Below the pieces are notes generated by a model. It searched no databases. It saw nothing but the letters and a program-made list of their open reading frames with translations, and was not told the DNA's origin. From positions 3,789,404 through 3,853,403 of the forward strand of contig CAJFCJ010000007.1 of the NCBI GenBank assembly GCA_904063045.1: DNA of 64,000 nucleotides, read 5' to 3'. Source of the DNA: Dimorphilus gyrociliatus. Its lineage: Eukaryota > Animalia > Annelida. Numbering within the stretch: the stretch's first letter is position 1; every line of letters starts with the position of its first letter. The translations under genes and the position numbers were made by a program. Shown here piece by piece: positions 37,565-50,615 of the stretch.

Positions 37565-39188
37565 ATGAGATCTGTACGAACAACTTATAAACGTCATCGA
37601 ACTGATCCTGGCGAAGAGCCAACTTCGGCGAACGACAGAGAGGGTAAGATACGCATATTGTAAGAAAAAAACTAGGAATTCCTTATGGTCTAATATCGTC
37701 CGTGTTTATATTGGCATCTGCGGATTGTTATTATTTTTAAAAAATACCTTGTTAAAACTAATATGTTAAGATTATTTTTTTCGGAATAATATGCAATAAC
37801 AACTTTAAAAATCATAAAATTCTTTTTAATAGATTCGTTAAAGTTCACATGGCGAGTGTACAGATCTACGCCTCTGTATCACTTTTTTTTGGAAGATTTC
37901 AACAGGTATTCAGGATCGTTGACTACGTTCTTAAAACTCGTAAGAAAATTTTTAAAGTGTTAAACAAAAAATTATATTTTATTTCTTACAAAAGGAGACA
38001 CAAAAGAGCACTGAAGAAGCTAACGAGGATAGTTCGGTTATCGATGAGGCTCAATTTAGTCGTTTATTAGGCTTTAAGATCTTAAAAGGTTAGATTAGTA
38101 ATAAATACATTATTAAAAACTTCATGGTTGAATGTAAATGGTTGCTTTTACAGATGATGAAGATGCATTCCGTATCATAGTCAAAGGACAGAATGGTCGG
38201 TTGAACATAACAATCAAAACTATTTAATAAACTTAGAACAAATTTAAAATGTTGATCATTAACAGAGAAAGAAAATAAAATATTATTAGAAGTTATATTC
38301 TCATCTCTGAATGATCATTTCCTTCCAAGACATTTAAAAACACAGTTCGCTTATTATCCCTTGGTACTTGTGAAAGGTTTAGTATGGGCTAGAGAACAGT
38401 TTATCTCATGGTTTCAGGTAAGACCTATTTAAACGACACATCTGATGAATTGTAGTTTATTTATTTTTTCGGTTGACCTAAAACAGGCGGCATTTGACTG
38501 CACTATCAGAGCTCAGCACATTTCACCGTATAATTTATCGTGTCTATTGGCTTTACTTGGAAGTGAAGAGCCAGGTTCTATTTTTAAAACTATACATAAT
38601 AAAATAATCTGTATAAAAACTTCATTTGCAGAACTAAAACGATTAAAGACTAAGCCTATTATGCTAAGTTATGAATTTCCCTCAAAAAACGTCAAAGAAA
38701 TTCCATTAGAATTTGACAGGCAAACTTTTCTTAATCTATTTAAAACGTAATTATTTTGTTAAATTAATATTTCATCTTATAATATCACCTTATTTTTTTG
38801 CTCTATCTTTTAGCGCTATAAAAGAAAATAAAGAGGAAATTACGCGGCAAGATGTAGGCAGATTGATGAAGATTATTCACGAATTTTTTGAAGATAATAT
38901 CAACATTCGTTTAACCGTAAGTTATATTAGTATCATTCGTGATATATCCTTATATACCTTATATATTTTTAATATATAGAGGCTAATGCTATCAAAAATA
39001 TCACTACCTGGTATAATGATATCATCGGATGGAAGATTAAAGGTATATAATAAATATACTCAAGACTAATAATATCATAGAGTTTTTTTTAACAGTTGTT
39101 TGAAGAAAGTATGATCCTCCCAGTTCTAAAGTTTATTAGTGATATTATTACAGACGAATTTAAGAAATTTAGGTTAAATAGATATTGA
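37565..39188 (+). CDS. CENPL: Centromere protein L (CCAN), multi-exon
   Basis: Hand-spliced TWRVYRSTPLYHF; QFSRLLGFKILKDDEDAFRI; FAYYPLVLVKG…SWFQ|AAFDC…ISPYNLSCL; EITRQDVGRLMKIIHEFFEDNINIRLT. These parallel remembered human CENP-L motifs (QWTLYSLTPLYKF, FTCLPLFLANG, WFQKTFDC, EVTQEEV…HFKIHLS). Confidence 0.8.
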
Positions 39189-39469
39189 GTATGAAGTAAT
39201 AACTCTTTATCATTTTGCCATAGATTTTTAAAACGACCTTTTATATTCCATAACATTTGTTTATCTTGTCTTTTTTAGTCTTACAAACGAAATTATCGAG
39301 CCTCAAGGATTGTCTTTTTGTTATTTATTATCTAAATCTCTTTGGCAGTTCCTGACTCTAAAAATATATCAATTTTTTTTATCAATTCACTGTTTTGTTA
39401 TTTCAAAAAAAAGAGCATCAATAGAAACTTTTAAAAACTATTTATCCCATGAGCTTTGCATAGGGGAAT

Positions 39470-41090
39470 ATGTCGAGAATTTCTCCAACATATCTAAATT
39501 CTAGTCCTCTTATTGACGATAGTAGAGGTTCGAATTTTAATAGTTTTTTCATACAAACAACCGAAATTGAAAAGAAAGTGGATAGAGCACGTTTTGATAA
39601 AGATTTTCACGAATTTATAAAAACTGTAACCGAGAGTTCATCATTTAATACTATAATTATAACAATAATAATAGTTAATTCGATTATTTTGGGTTGTGAA
39701 ACAAAAATAGAATGGAGAGACGATTATAACTATTTCTTTCAATTATTAGATGAGATTTTTACAGGTAATACGACTAAATGTGTAGGAGTTAAATGGTCTA
39801 TTTTAGGATTATATTTCTATACAGTATATTTATAAATTAATGATTAAAAGGTATCTATGCTATTGAATTTCTTCTAAAATTGTATGCAGAACCTAAAAAT
39901 TATTGGCAAAGCTATTATAATTTGTTCGATTTTGCTGTTCTCTTTATTAGCTATTTTGAAATAGTTATTGTTGGTTTTCTTGCTCATAAAACTACTGTAA
40001 ACATTGAAGGTTTAAAGATACTTAGAGCCTTTAGAACTTTAAGAACTTTACGAACAGTATCTTTCATCAAAGGACTTCAAGTACTAGTAAGAGCTTTGGT
40101 AGATACTATTAAAAGATGGTTAATTAATATTATACTGTTACTACTTTTGTTAATGTATATTTTTGGCATAATGGGCTATTACTTATTCGGTACTGGCGAG
40201 GGTTCTGATAAGGAACATTGGGGTTCGATATCAAAGGCGATGATGTCGCTATTCACATACGTTAGCGTTGATGGTTGGACAGATATTCAAGAATCAATGG
40301 ATAAGAAGGGATATAAATTTAGCAGACTCTTTACAATCTCTTTTATATTTATAGGTAATTTTATTTTTACTAATGTCTTTATTGGCGTCATTATAATGAG
40401 CATCAATCAATCTACTGAGGTATACAAGGTAATAATAATAATCATGATAATAAAAATAGAGTTGTCGCCATGTATATTATAACTGCAACATATGTAGTAT
40501 ATGTATATATTTGTGATTCTTTTGTACTTTTCTACTTAGAAAAAACAATTAACTGAAAGAAAGGCTATTGTACAACATAGGAAACAAGAGCTGATGCATA
40601 GGCAATTTAGAAAATATCAGCAAATTCTTGAAAGAAAAAAAAAGGGAAAATTTAAAAATGTTGAAGAGTTTATTGAAAATTTTGGTCGTACTCTTTCACA
40701 CAACGCATCTGTATTCACTGCTGATAAATGCGGCAATAAATTATGGCTTGAGATATTCCTTGTAAGTTTAGGTCTATTGGACGATACCATGCACGGCCTG
40801 CAGCAATTGTACTTTGAGATGGCGTCAGTGCTCTCTTCAGAATACGAGAATAGACTAAGAAGGGGATTGAAAGTTGAAAATGTAAAAGTTAGGCCTAATT
40901 GCGAAAGATCAGGAGTAGTTTGTTTCTTTTTACTTTATTGCTTTTTTCCTAATTACATAGTTATATATTTGTGCTATGTTTATAGGAACAAAATGAAGAG
41001 GTTAGGCTAAAAAAAATAATTAAAGCCTATGATTTTCATGAAACTAAAAGGCTGCATACAAACACAAAATCGATATCGAAAGAAGATTAA
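39470..41090 (+). CDS. CATSPER3: Cation channel sperm-associated protein 3-like (6-TM), 3-4 exons; 3' end is 41010 if the last predicted intron is not used
   Basis: LYAEPKNYWQSYYNLFDF; LLLLLMYIFGIMGYYLFG…HWGSI; pore FTYVSVDGWTDIQ; FSRLFTISFI; C-terminal coiled coil ENFGRTLSH…DDTMHGLQQLYFEMASVL. These parallel remembered CatSper3 motifs (TVDGWTDLQ, ENFKKTLSH, QELYYEIVHVL). Confidence 0.85.
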
Positions 41091-41184
41091 AAGTTTATTA
41101 ATTATGCTTTTTGCTTTCTCTTTCTTCATCCTGTCCATTGTCCTCTATTTTAAAAGCCTAAAGAAAGATTTTTACCAAGTGAAA

Positions 41185-41194
41185 GCGCCATCTG
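41185..41194 (-). promoter_or_regulatory. CTCF-like core motif CAGATGGCGC
   Basis: Exact core match in the gap between the convergent CATSPER3 and VPS11 ends. Confidence 0.45.
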
Positions 41195-41547
41195 CCTCCA
41201 GACATTTCTTTATTAGAAAGAAAATTGAATAAAAAATAAGATTATCACCTGTAGACTAATTAAGAACTTTGTTAAATATTTTTAAATTTAAAACTTCTAA
41301 GTTAATTGAATAAAATGAAAAATGAGGAATTTATGATAACAGGGATAATTCTTAATGAATAATCCATTGCGAAATCCTTGGCAATAATATACAAATATAG
41401 CTACATAAATATCAATATTTAGATTGCCTTATTTTTTATATTTTCTCTATTATCTATGAAAAAATGTATTGGTCAAAGTTAATAATAAAATTAGGTCAAT
41501 AAAATAAATAATGTCACTAGAAGTCCATAATAAGCCTATGTCTTCGT

Positions 41548-44500
41548 TCAACTTGGATTAGGATTCTATAATAAGTCAGGGAAAAGAGTAACAAAGTAAG
41601 CATTAAGAGCTTTTGACCATATTTTTTTATATTACTCACCTGACTAAATACTCCTTTACCAAAGTAATCTGCAACGACTGTAAAACCGTCTTTAGCTCTT
41701 TCGAGCTGAAAAGGTAAAAAAAAGCATTAGTCATTAGTAATCTTTTACACAACGTATTTATATGATATTTTATGTATATTTATGTATTCAATTTATTTAT
41801 TTATATGAGAGAAGAAAGAGTAATGTGTACCTCTTGCTTAAATTTATTATACAAGTCTTTTCCATCTCTTTCTTGAGCAGCCAACATTTGAAGAAATTTT
41901 CTGAAATTAATTAACAGATGTGACTTTAAAACAAGTTATGAAAAAAAGTAATAGCTAACTGATTATCTGCTAAGCAAACTGGACATTCGTTTCCCTCATT
42001 CGAACCCGCGTAACTTTCAAAGCAGTGCTCATGAAAAGAATGCTGGCATAAGAAGTGGACGGTTGGCAAATCTAATGGATGACTACATGCACTACATTTC
42101 TCAGATTGAAATATTCTAGCCGAAGTTGATAAACTTTCAATATCGCCTCTCATTTTTGCCGTTTCTTCTCCGTATTGTTTAATTAGTCTCTCATCCTCGT
42201 TAATCTCCTCTTTTTCTTTTTGCAATCTTTTCACAATATAATCTTTTACGACCGACAGTGTAGCATTAGAATTATGAGCTAAAGTCTGGATAACCAATAA
42301 TGGGGGCAATAGATTATGAATATCGATGTGAGCTAAGACTTCTTTCATATGCATGCGACAGCTATCCTCTTCTCCTTTTGCTAAGAAAGCTAGTGCCTGG
42401 ACCCAAACACCTGGATCTTCCTTTCTATTTAAAGAGAAATTAATAAATTATAGAATCGTTTCTACTGCTTCTGTTCTAAATAAGTACCCAAATTTTTTAC
42501 AAGTATCAATAATCTGAGAATATTCTTTATTTTCCATATGATGTCTGACCACCTGTTGATAGCTGTACGAATATTAATAAATTAATTTATTTAATTATTG
42601 CGTTTATGAAAATCAACAAAAGATAATTACAATCCAGCCTTTTCGTAAAGAAAGAGTATTCCGGCCTTAAAATTGTTCATTTGGCAAAGAACCAAAGCAT
42701 GATGTATATCATATTTCGACTATTTTGGAAAAGTATATTAATTAGCTACTCCATTGATAACTAATATGTACAGGTAAGATAAAGAAAAGAGAGACAAGAA
42801 TAAAAATAGATGTAATCTTACATTTTCACAATGCAATAGCTCCAATATCTTCCGTTCCTTATCAATTTTCGCCTATTTTATGACATTTATTAGTTGACTT
42901 TTTGTTCTATATATAGTAATTGAAAACAAACCCCTAGATCATTTTCATGAACGTATTCTTGCAATCTCAATTCTAACAGTGTCCCATAAACTAATGAAGA
43001 ACACGCTTGCACATTTATCTAATGCAAAAATAAATAGGCAAAAAATGCATTATTTATTTAGTTATATATGAATTTTAATTGATAAAACAAAAATTCCTAT
43101 CCTTACCATATGCTGTAAGAAATCAATTAAGCGGCCGGCATCGTCCACAAATATGTGAATAAATTCATCTGGTAGGGCCTTTACTATACCAGTAACTTCT
43201 AGACCTCTCTCATCTTTTATCAGCGGTTCATCAATTGGCTTATAGTCAGTACATAGCCTTTTTAAAAGCGTAGTGGTTTGCTCTGGAACATTTTTTAAGA
43301 GGATTTTGCCATAATCTTTCATTGTTGTTAAAGCGTCGTCAAATTGCAGCCTTCCCAAATAATCTAAAGCACTTTTATAATCTTTTACATCTTCTAACAA
43401 AGTTTTTAAATAGAGGTTATGGCGTTTATGGCGAAGAGCAATTTTTAAAGCGTGTTTAAAGTAACCAGCTTGTCTACAGACTTTTATAGCTGTTTCCACA
43501 TCAAAATTATCATCGTGTTCCTATTTTCAATGAATTAATTTAATGAAGATATTAATTAAAAAAAATAATTGAAATAACGTACTTCTATGAATTTATCTAA
43601 ACCGGAATGGTCTGGTAAACGAGTATAACAGTTAAGTAATAGCGTTGTATGATCATTATTAGCTAATTTTCTAGCGTGTAGTTCCTCAATATAGGCAGTG
43701 AGATTATGTATTCTTGATGAATCTAGGAACTATATGTATACATCTTAATATATATCAGTCTATACATTATATACATACTTAATATATTAAGTATTATATT
43801 ATGTATGTACATAGTATATTATAGATACATATACTTTATTTATAATCTATCAAAAACGTTTCTTTACCTTTCGAATTACGTACGAAGCTTCCAATCTACC
43901 AATAGTTTTCAAGTATTGATTCATTGCATTGTCATAGTCTCCTTGTCTTAAGATTAGAATTAATTAATAATCTATTATTTATATTAATAAATATATGTAC
44001 CGATATAAGTTATCTCCATATTGCCTATATATATCAACTATTCCATCGTGATCATAATTTTGATTCTCTGCTATCCTGTAAAAGAAAAATAGAAAAAGTT
44101 TAATTAACTAAATATAATAAGTAGTATTAGTAAATCTAAGAATATATCATAATCTATATTAAAGTCCATAGAGGATATATTAGAGTAGAGTACATAATAA
44201 AAATCTATATTTACTGTATGGCCAGCTCGTAACGAGTTTTTCTAAATAGTATATCTAGCTTTGTTTGAGTGTCTTTCTCCTCAATTTGGTTTATCTATAA
44301 CAAAATGAGAAAATTGTTAATAGAAAATATTCTTCTTTCTTCATATCCTTAGTGCAAAACGTTTTAGATAAAAATTTTGAGTAGGATTACCTTGTTATCT
44401 ATACCGCAAAATGCGTATAGGGAACCCCATTCGGCCACTAAACCAGAAACTTTTGGTAGAGGGAACGTAAACGCTATTAACTTATTCTCTATATCGTAAA

Positions 44501-46543
44501 TCGATATTGTACTCATGTCACTGCCCTTGGACGACCTATATATTTCAGCAATTAAATAATTGCCTTTAATTATTCATATTAAAAATTAGTGAAAGAAAAC
44601 ATACGCTGCCTCAGAAACTATAACTATATAATTTCTAAATGAATAAATCAGTTGTTTGTTAGCCTGTACGGCAATACATGGTCCTCTTTCTTTCGTTTCG
44701 TAGAAGTAAAGTGCCTCAGGTCTAGCTACGACTAATCTGGGTGCATTGCCTTCGGTGTAATGTAGAGTCATACATTTTGGCTGACATGAAAAACGAAAAT
44801 TTATCATATGATATATCGAAAATATAGGTTAATATATCTTACAGCACATCCTTGTTGATCAAGAATAACTGGCACATCACATTTTTCTTTTATTCCAATT
44901 GCAATAGATATCACGTGATATTCGGTTGTAACAAACAGTACTGCATCGTTTTGAGTATTACAAAACTCTAAACCAGTGATAGCATGAACATCTTCGTAAA
45001 TCGTACGTTGTTTGGAATGTCGTTCTCTAGTTACATCTCCCCTGTATAATAGAATTTGTCCAGTTTCAAAACCAAAAGCCATATAAGATAGACTGTCATG
45101 AACAGCCAAACATGTCACCTGTTGAAAATATAATATCTTAATATTTATAACTAAGTAGGGATAAATTTTTAGCAGACCTTCTTGACTTGTTGATCTAATA
45201 GTAAGGGAAAGCTTCTGCAAACGAACCTATTACGGTCTTTATCGAGCTTATCTAAATCCCATACTTTAACAATCGGCACTCTATCTTCCTCTTCATCTTC
45301 CTATGAACAAAATAGAAGATACGCTCTTACAATTTGTTTTTTTTTCTAACAGTTTTTATTACCCCGATAGAAACAAGGATGCTATATTTCTTCAAATGGA
45401 ATAAGTGAGAAACAGTACGATTGTAGGCCTTTACTGATGAAATTTCCAATGATCTTGTAATGAAGTGTATACTCCCTCGATCACCTCCAACTATTATTTG
45501 ACTTCTTCCACTGGTGCATGCAGTAACGTTTTCTTCCTGTCAAAAATGAGGGAAGCAATGAATTTAAAATTGCTTGAAAAGCAAAAATCTTGACGATTTC
45601 TTGGGAAAGGATCTTCTATTTCCTCTTAGAAGCCAGAAGTATTACTCTTATCAGCAGGGAAACCTTCTTAATTCTTTTATTTGACTAATTAATTATCTAC
45701 AGTTATTTGTGTAGAGTTTACAAAACTTTGCATTTTCTTTACAAAGAAACTCTAGGTGGAGGAGAATGGATTCAAAATATACAAAGACAAAATTGTACCT
45801 TTAAGGAATCAAAGGGCCTGCTGTCTGTAGTTTTAGCGACTTCACAATCGAAGAAAGAGAATACAGACCACTGAAAAAAACCAAATTAAATTAGGGCAGG
45901 TAAAATTATCCATTTCCTGTCATTTAAGTGAACCTTTATCGTTTCTAAGAAAGTAAATTAACGTAAAATCTCCAATGAATTCTCATGATTTTATTACAAA
46001 TTTAATTATTAGTTCCGTTTTTGGTACTGATTAGCACTATCTTTGAAAATTCTGAATGCGTTTAGCAGCTTTCTCAAAGCAACTTTAAAAGGGGTTCTGT
46101 ACTATTTGATAGAGTCATTATACCGGAGATCTTTCGCATAAAATTCTATTTATTTATTTATTAAGGAAAATCATGTTCCACAAATAATTGCATTATTAGT
46201 TTTTTTCATGTTTTAGTTAAAATTTATAAGGTACATCTCACTGATCAAAATGACTTCGTATAATTTAAGGCGGAAACATTAGAATAATAATCTTTAGCTT
46301 AATTTACAATTTATCTTAAACTTATATTTAAGGGAAAACTAGCATCCTAGAAGGGGAGTAACGCAGTATCCCCTTTTATCACTCAAATATATATATTGTT
46401 CTTGTATCGATTTAAAGGAATTTTTCCATTTTATTAACATTTACACAAAGTAAATAGAATTCTTTTTAAAATATCAGAAATACTTTTAATTAACATGTAA
46501 TCAGACAAAATTTTATAAGGATACATACTTGAAGAAAAGCCAT
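41548..46543 (-). CDS. VPS11: Vacuolar protein sorting 11 (CORVET/HOPS), many small exons
   Basis: MAFLQ|WSVFSFFD; KQYLKTIGRLEASYVIRK|FLDSSRIHNLTAYIEELH; PPLLVIQTLAHNS; RING KCSACSHPLDLPTVHFLCQHSFHEHCF…ECPVC; FTVVADYFGKGVF. Confidence 0.95.
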
Positions 46544-46709
46544 AATAATAAATGCAAAAAAAATTCTTTAATTAATTAGGCTACTAAAAAACTTGAAATA
46601 TCTATATCTATTTAAATGTAAAATTGAATATTTAACACAGAAAATATTTATTTTACGACAATTCGCTGTTTTCGAGAATATTTCTGGTGATTACTAAATC
46701 TCGAACGAA

Positions 46710-48869
46710 ATGGCCTCGGTAAGCTTTTTTACTTATTAATTAATCTAAATTTAATTACTCAGCAACCCTGTTTATATTATTTGGCACTTGTCGATGAATC
46801 GACATAAAAATCTGTAATTTTTCAATGCTAATGATTAGAGAATTTAGTATAACACATTTTCTTGAGCGATAATATGTTAATATCGGTTTATTTAAAAACG
46901 TTCACAGGACGTTCAAAAGCATTCTGTTCACACATTGGTGTTTCGATCACTAAAAAGAACCCACGAAATGTTTCTCTCAGAAGAAGGAAATCCGGTTCCT
47001 CGTGAACCTAAAAGGTAAGCATGATCGTTGAATAAATTTGATAAACTTTACATCCTTTACCGTAAAAACTTGTGGCTTTTAAATAATCGTGCTCATCTCT
47101 AGTTTCATGTTTTTATTAGCGTTTACACTTAATAATTCATCTGTCATTTTAGCGATGAATTACGATTAGCATGCAAAGTACACGATGAATATGGCTCGGT
47201 AAAGGAAACAGTCGAACAAAAACAAAAACGAAATTTACAGAAGAAAGGAACTCTTGCAATAGAAGCACCAGAAATGGGTAATGAAATAATTCATTTTTCT
47301 AGTAACGTTTCTAAATTTAACCTCTGTTCTAAATTGCAGTTGACTCTACTCCTGTTGAAGAAGCAAAAGAGGAAGTTCTAAAGTATGCTTGTGTTCATTA
47401 GCTATGTATTCATTATTAGTAAAAAATTTTCTTTCTTTAGGGAAATCCCGACATCCTCTGCCACTGAAAAAACCAATCCACCACCGGGAAAGGTAAGCTT
47501 TCATATTTATCAAAGACATCTAGCTAAATATATAAAATGTTGATTATCGAATTCCTTAATTATAAACCAATAATCACCTTTTTATAGCAATTGATTACGA
47601 TTGGTGGTGAGAAAATGCTTGTACCCAAACGAGCCCCTACAATGCCTAAACCCTCGTGGCATTCGCCGTGGAAATTGTGTCGAGTACTTAGCGGTCACGT
47701 TGGTTGGGTTCGCTGCGTGGCATTCGAACCTGGAAATGAATGGTTTGCAACTGGAAGTGCCGACCGAGTCATTAAAATATGGGATCTAGCCTCGGGCCAA
47801 TTGAAGTTATCTCTGACTGGTCATATTTCAGCAGGTAAGCAATTATATGAAATATATTAGTTAGTGTAAGCTATGTACTGTATATATACATAATATATAG
47901 ATATATAGTGTCTAAAGCAAACATATGATAAATATACTTTTATTTACACTACCTGGTCATAGTTTGCGCGATAAAATATCTTTAAGTACTATAGTTTTAA
48001 CTAAATTGCGTATTGTATTAATTAGATATTTGCTTTAAACTTATGGAAATAATTATGTATGTCTTTCAGTCAGAGGATTGGCAGTTTCTTCACGACACCC
48101 CTATATGTTTTCTTGTGGGGAAGATAAACAAGTTAAATGCTGGGATTTGGAACACAATAAGGTCATTAGGCACTATCACGGGCATCTTTCTGCTGTCTAT
48201 GCTCTAGACGTACATCCAACATTAGATATCCTTGTATCATCCGGTCGAGATTCCACAGTTAGAGTTTGGGATATGAGAACTAAAGCCCAAATACACGGCT
48301 TAGCCGGTCATACAAATACGGTAGCAGACGTAAAATGTCAAGCTCCAGATCCTCAAATTATCAGCGGTAGTCATGATTCTACTATAAGATTATGGGATAT
48401 AGTTGCTGGAAAAACTCGGGTTACGCTAACAAATCATAAGAAATCCGTTAGATCTCTAGTTTTACATCCCAGACAATTCGCCTTTGCGTCAGCATCACCT
48501 GATAATATAAAGCTGTGGAAATTCCCGGATGGAAACTTTCTACAAAATATAAGTGGACACAATTCCATTGTTAATACGCTCGCTCTAAATGAAGAAAATG
48601 TATTAGTTTCCGGAGGAGATAACGGCTCACTGTTTTTCTTTGATTGGAAAACTGGATACAACTTTCAAAGACTACAAACTCAAATACAACCTGGAAGCAT
48701 TGATTCAGAAGCGGGAATTTACGGTAGTTCATTCGATAAGAGCGGATCAAGACTTGTAACATGTGAAGCAGATAAGACTATTAAAATCTATAAGGAAGAT
48801 GATGAAGCTACAGAGGAGACTCACCCTATCAACTGGAGACCAGATATAATAAAGAAAAGGAAATTTTAG
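46710..48869 (+). CDS. PLRG1: Pleiotropic regulator 1 (Prp46, WD40), multi-exon
   Basis: MAS|[22 protein letters not shown]; [40 protein letters not shown]; ends [18 protein letters not shown]. Confidence 0.97.
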
Positions 48870-49100
48870 AACTCTTTGAAGGATTTATTTCTCTTCTTTT
48901 AATTATGATAAAACGTGTAATTACGTCGTAATAAGCTTTTTTATTGGTTTTTTTTCTCTTTTCTGTTACAGTTGTATTACACTTTCTAAACAAGATGCAA
49001 ACGAATAAGAAAAAAAAATTGACCTTTTATTCACTTTAACAAACTGAAAAAAGTATACCATCTCAAGGTTATAGTATCTCGATTTATCGGAAAAAAGCCA

Positions 49101-49110
49101 TAGGTGGCGC
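49101..49110 (+). promoter_or_regulatory. CTCF-like core motif TAGGTGGCGC
   Basis: Exact core match in the gap between the convergent PLRG1 and SBK1 ends. Confidence 0.45.
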
Positions 49111-49844
49111 TGTCTTCTTTACAAATCGGGTTTGTCAGAGAAGACAAAAAATGCATTCTATATCTTTCTTTTTGATGTGAAATGAATCCAACGAAGAAAT
49201 TCTTTTTTTTTTCATTATTTAATCAAAGGATACAACCTTTGAAAACTGACATGAAATTATGACTACAGCTTTGAAAAGCTAGAATGTATATAAAACGTTA
49301 CATATATAGTACAATGTATATTTGTACATATTACGTCACAGAATAGCTATTATAGACTAGAACATATCAGTTTATCGCTTTCATCATCACTTTATAAAAG
49401 TGCATTATTGCCGTAATTATCTAATATTTAGGAATATAGAAAAATATCTGTTAAAGATGTCGTATATTTTGAATTAATCCCACTTTTCAAGTATAGTAAC
49501 CATTATAAGCTGTATAATAACGATGCAATAATAAGATACTCTATATATTTCTATATATTCTCTATGTCAAGATCGTGTTGTATATTAAATTAAAGTACTA
49601 ACTTAAACCTAACAGAATATAAATCAATTATAAGAGAATCATATATAACAAATAATGTAGAAACCAGTTTTCTATTCATTTTGAAAGGACAAATCTCTTC
49701 TTAAATTTCGGTTTTTTACTTATATTCTAAATTATTTTCTTTACAAAAGTTTATAAATAAATAAAACATTATATAATAGTTAAGTTCATCCAATCAGATT
49801 CTTAGTTGAAATAGCAAAAGAGTGAGTGTATTCATACATGTATA

Positions 49845-49864
49845 AGAGAGAGAGAGAGAGAGAG
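49845..49864. repeat. (AG)10 microsatellite
   Basis: Direct reading of the sequence. Confidence 0.9.
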
Positions 49865-50615
49865 GGAGCTTAAGCGAAAACGAGAGCAAGTTTGACGTAA
49901 GCCGAAAGATCTTACTCATATTTGCCCTATCAACAGAGATTTCTTTTTTACGGTGTGATGAATTAATAAATCCTTGGACTTTTATTCATCATTTTACCTG
50001 ACTAGATGATACTTAACACCTTCTGTATTCTATAAATATCATAAATAAGTTGTATATATATACAGTATATATAAACCTGTATATACAGTATATTATCTTT
50101 ATGTAAAATATGGTGAATACATGTATATAAATAGTTTCTTCTATATATTATATATTAAAGAAAGAGAATAAAGCAAGAGGGAAAACTCTCTCTTCAAAGA
50201 CCTCCATACACTCAATTATTATTATTATTGTTCTTTATAATAAATCGTGTAGGCTTAAGAAATTATTACTTAAAATACACATACAATATACAGTATATAT
50301 ATATATATATTAATATATTGTATGCGTATAATATATACTAATATTTCTATATATTTATAATAATTAAATATATAAGAATCGGAGATTTTGAAAATGTTTA
50401 TATATATATTTACTGTATTTATAACTATTTACAAAGTTCTCTTGTTAACCGATAAAAAGACGGCAGTAATTAGAAAAGTTGTTTTTTTTTTGTCTTTTTT
50501 TTTTCATAGTCTTAAAATTCATTCGATATGCTTTTTCTCTTCAGCTGGTTCTTCAATTATATAATATTGTAGATATTAAAATACTATCCTGTATGTATTG
50601 ATATCTGATGTTTTG

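Noticed and set aside
46515-46528. U12-type donor word GTATCCTT 4 nt inside VPS11 intron 1
   Set aside because: Using it breaks the reading frame, and no convincing TCCTTAAC branch point lies near the acceptor; the U2 donor gives the expected MAFLQ|W junction.
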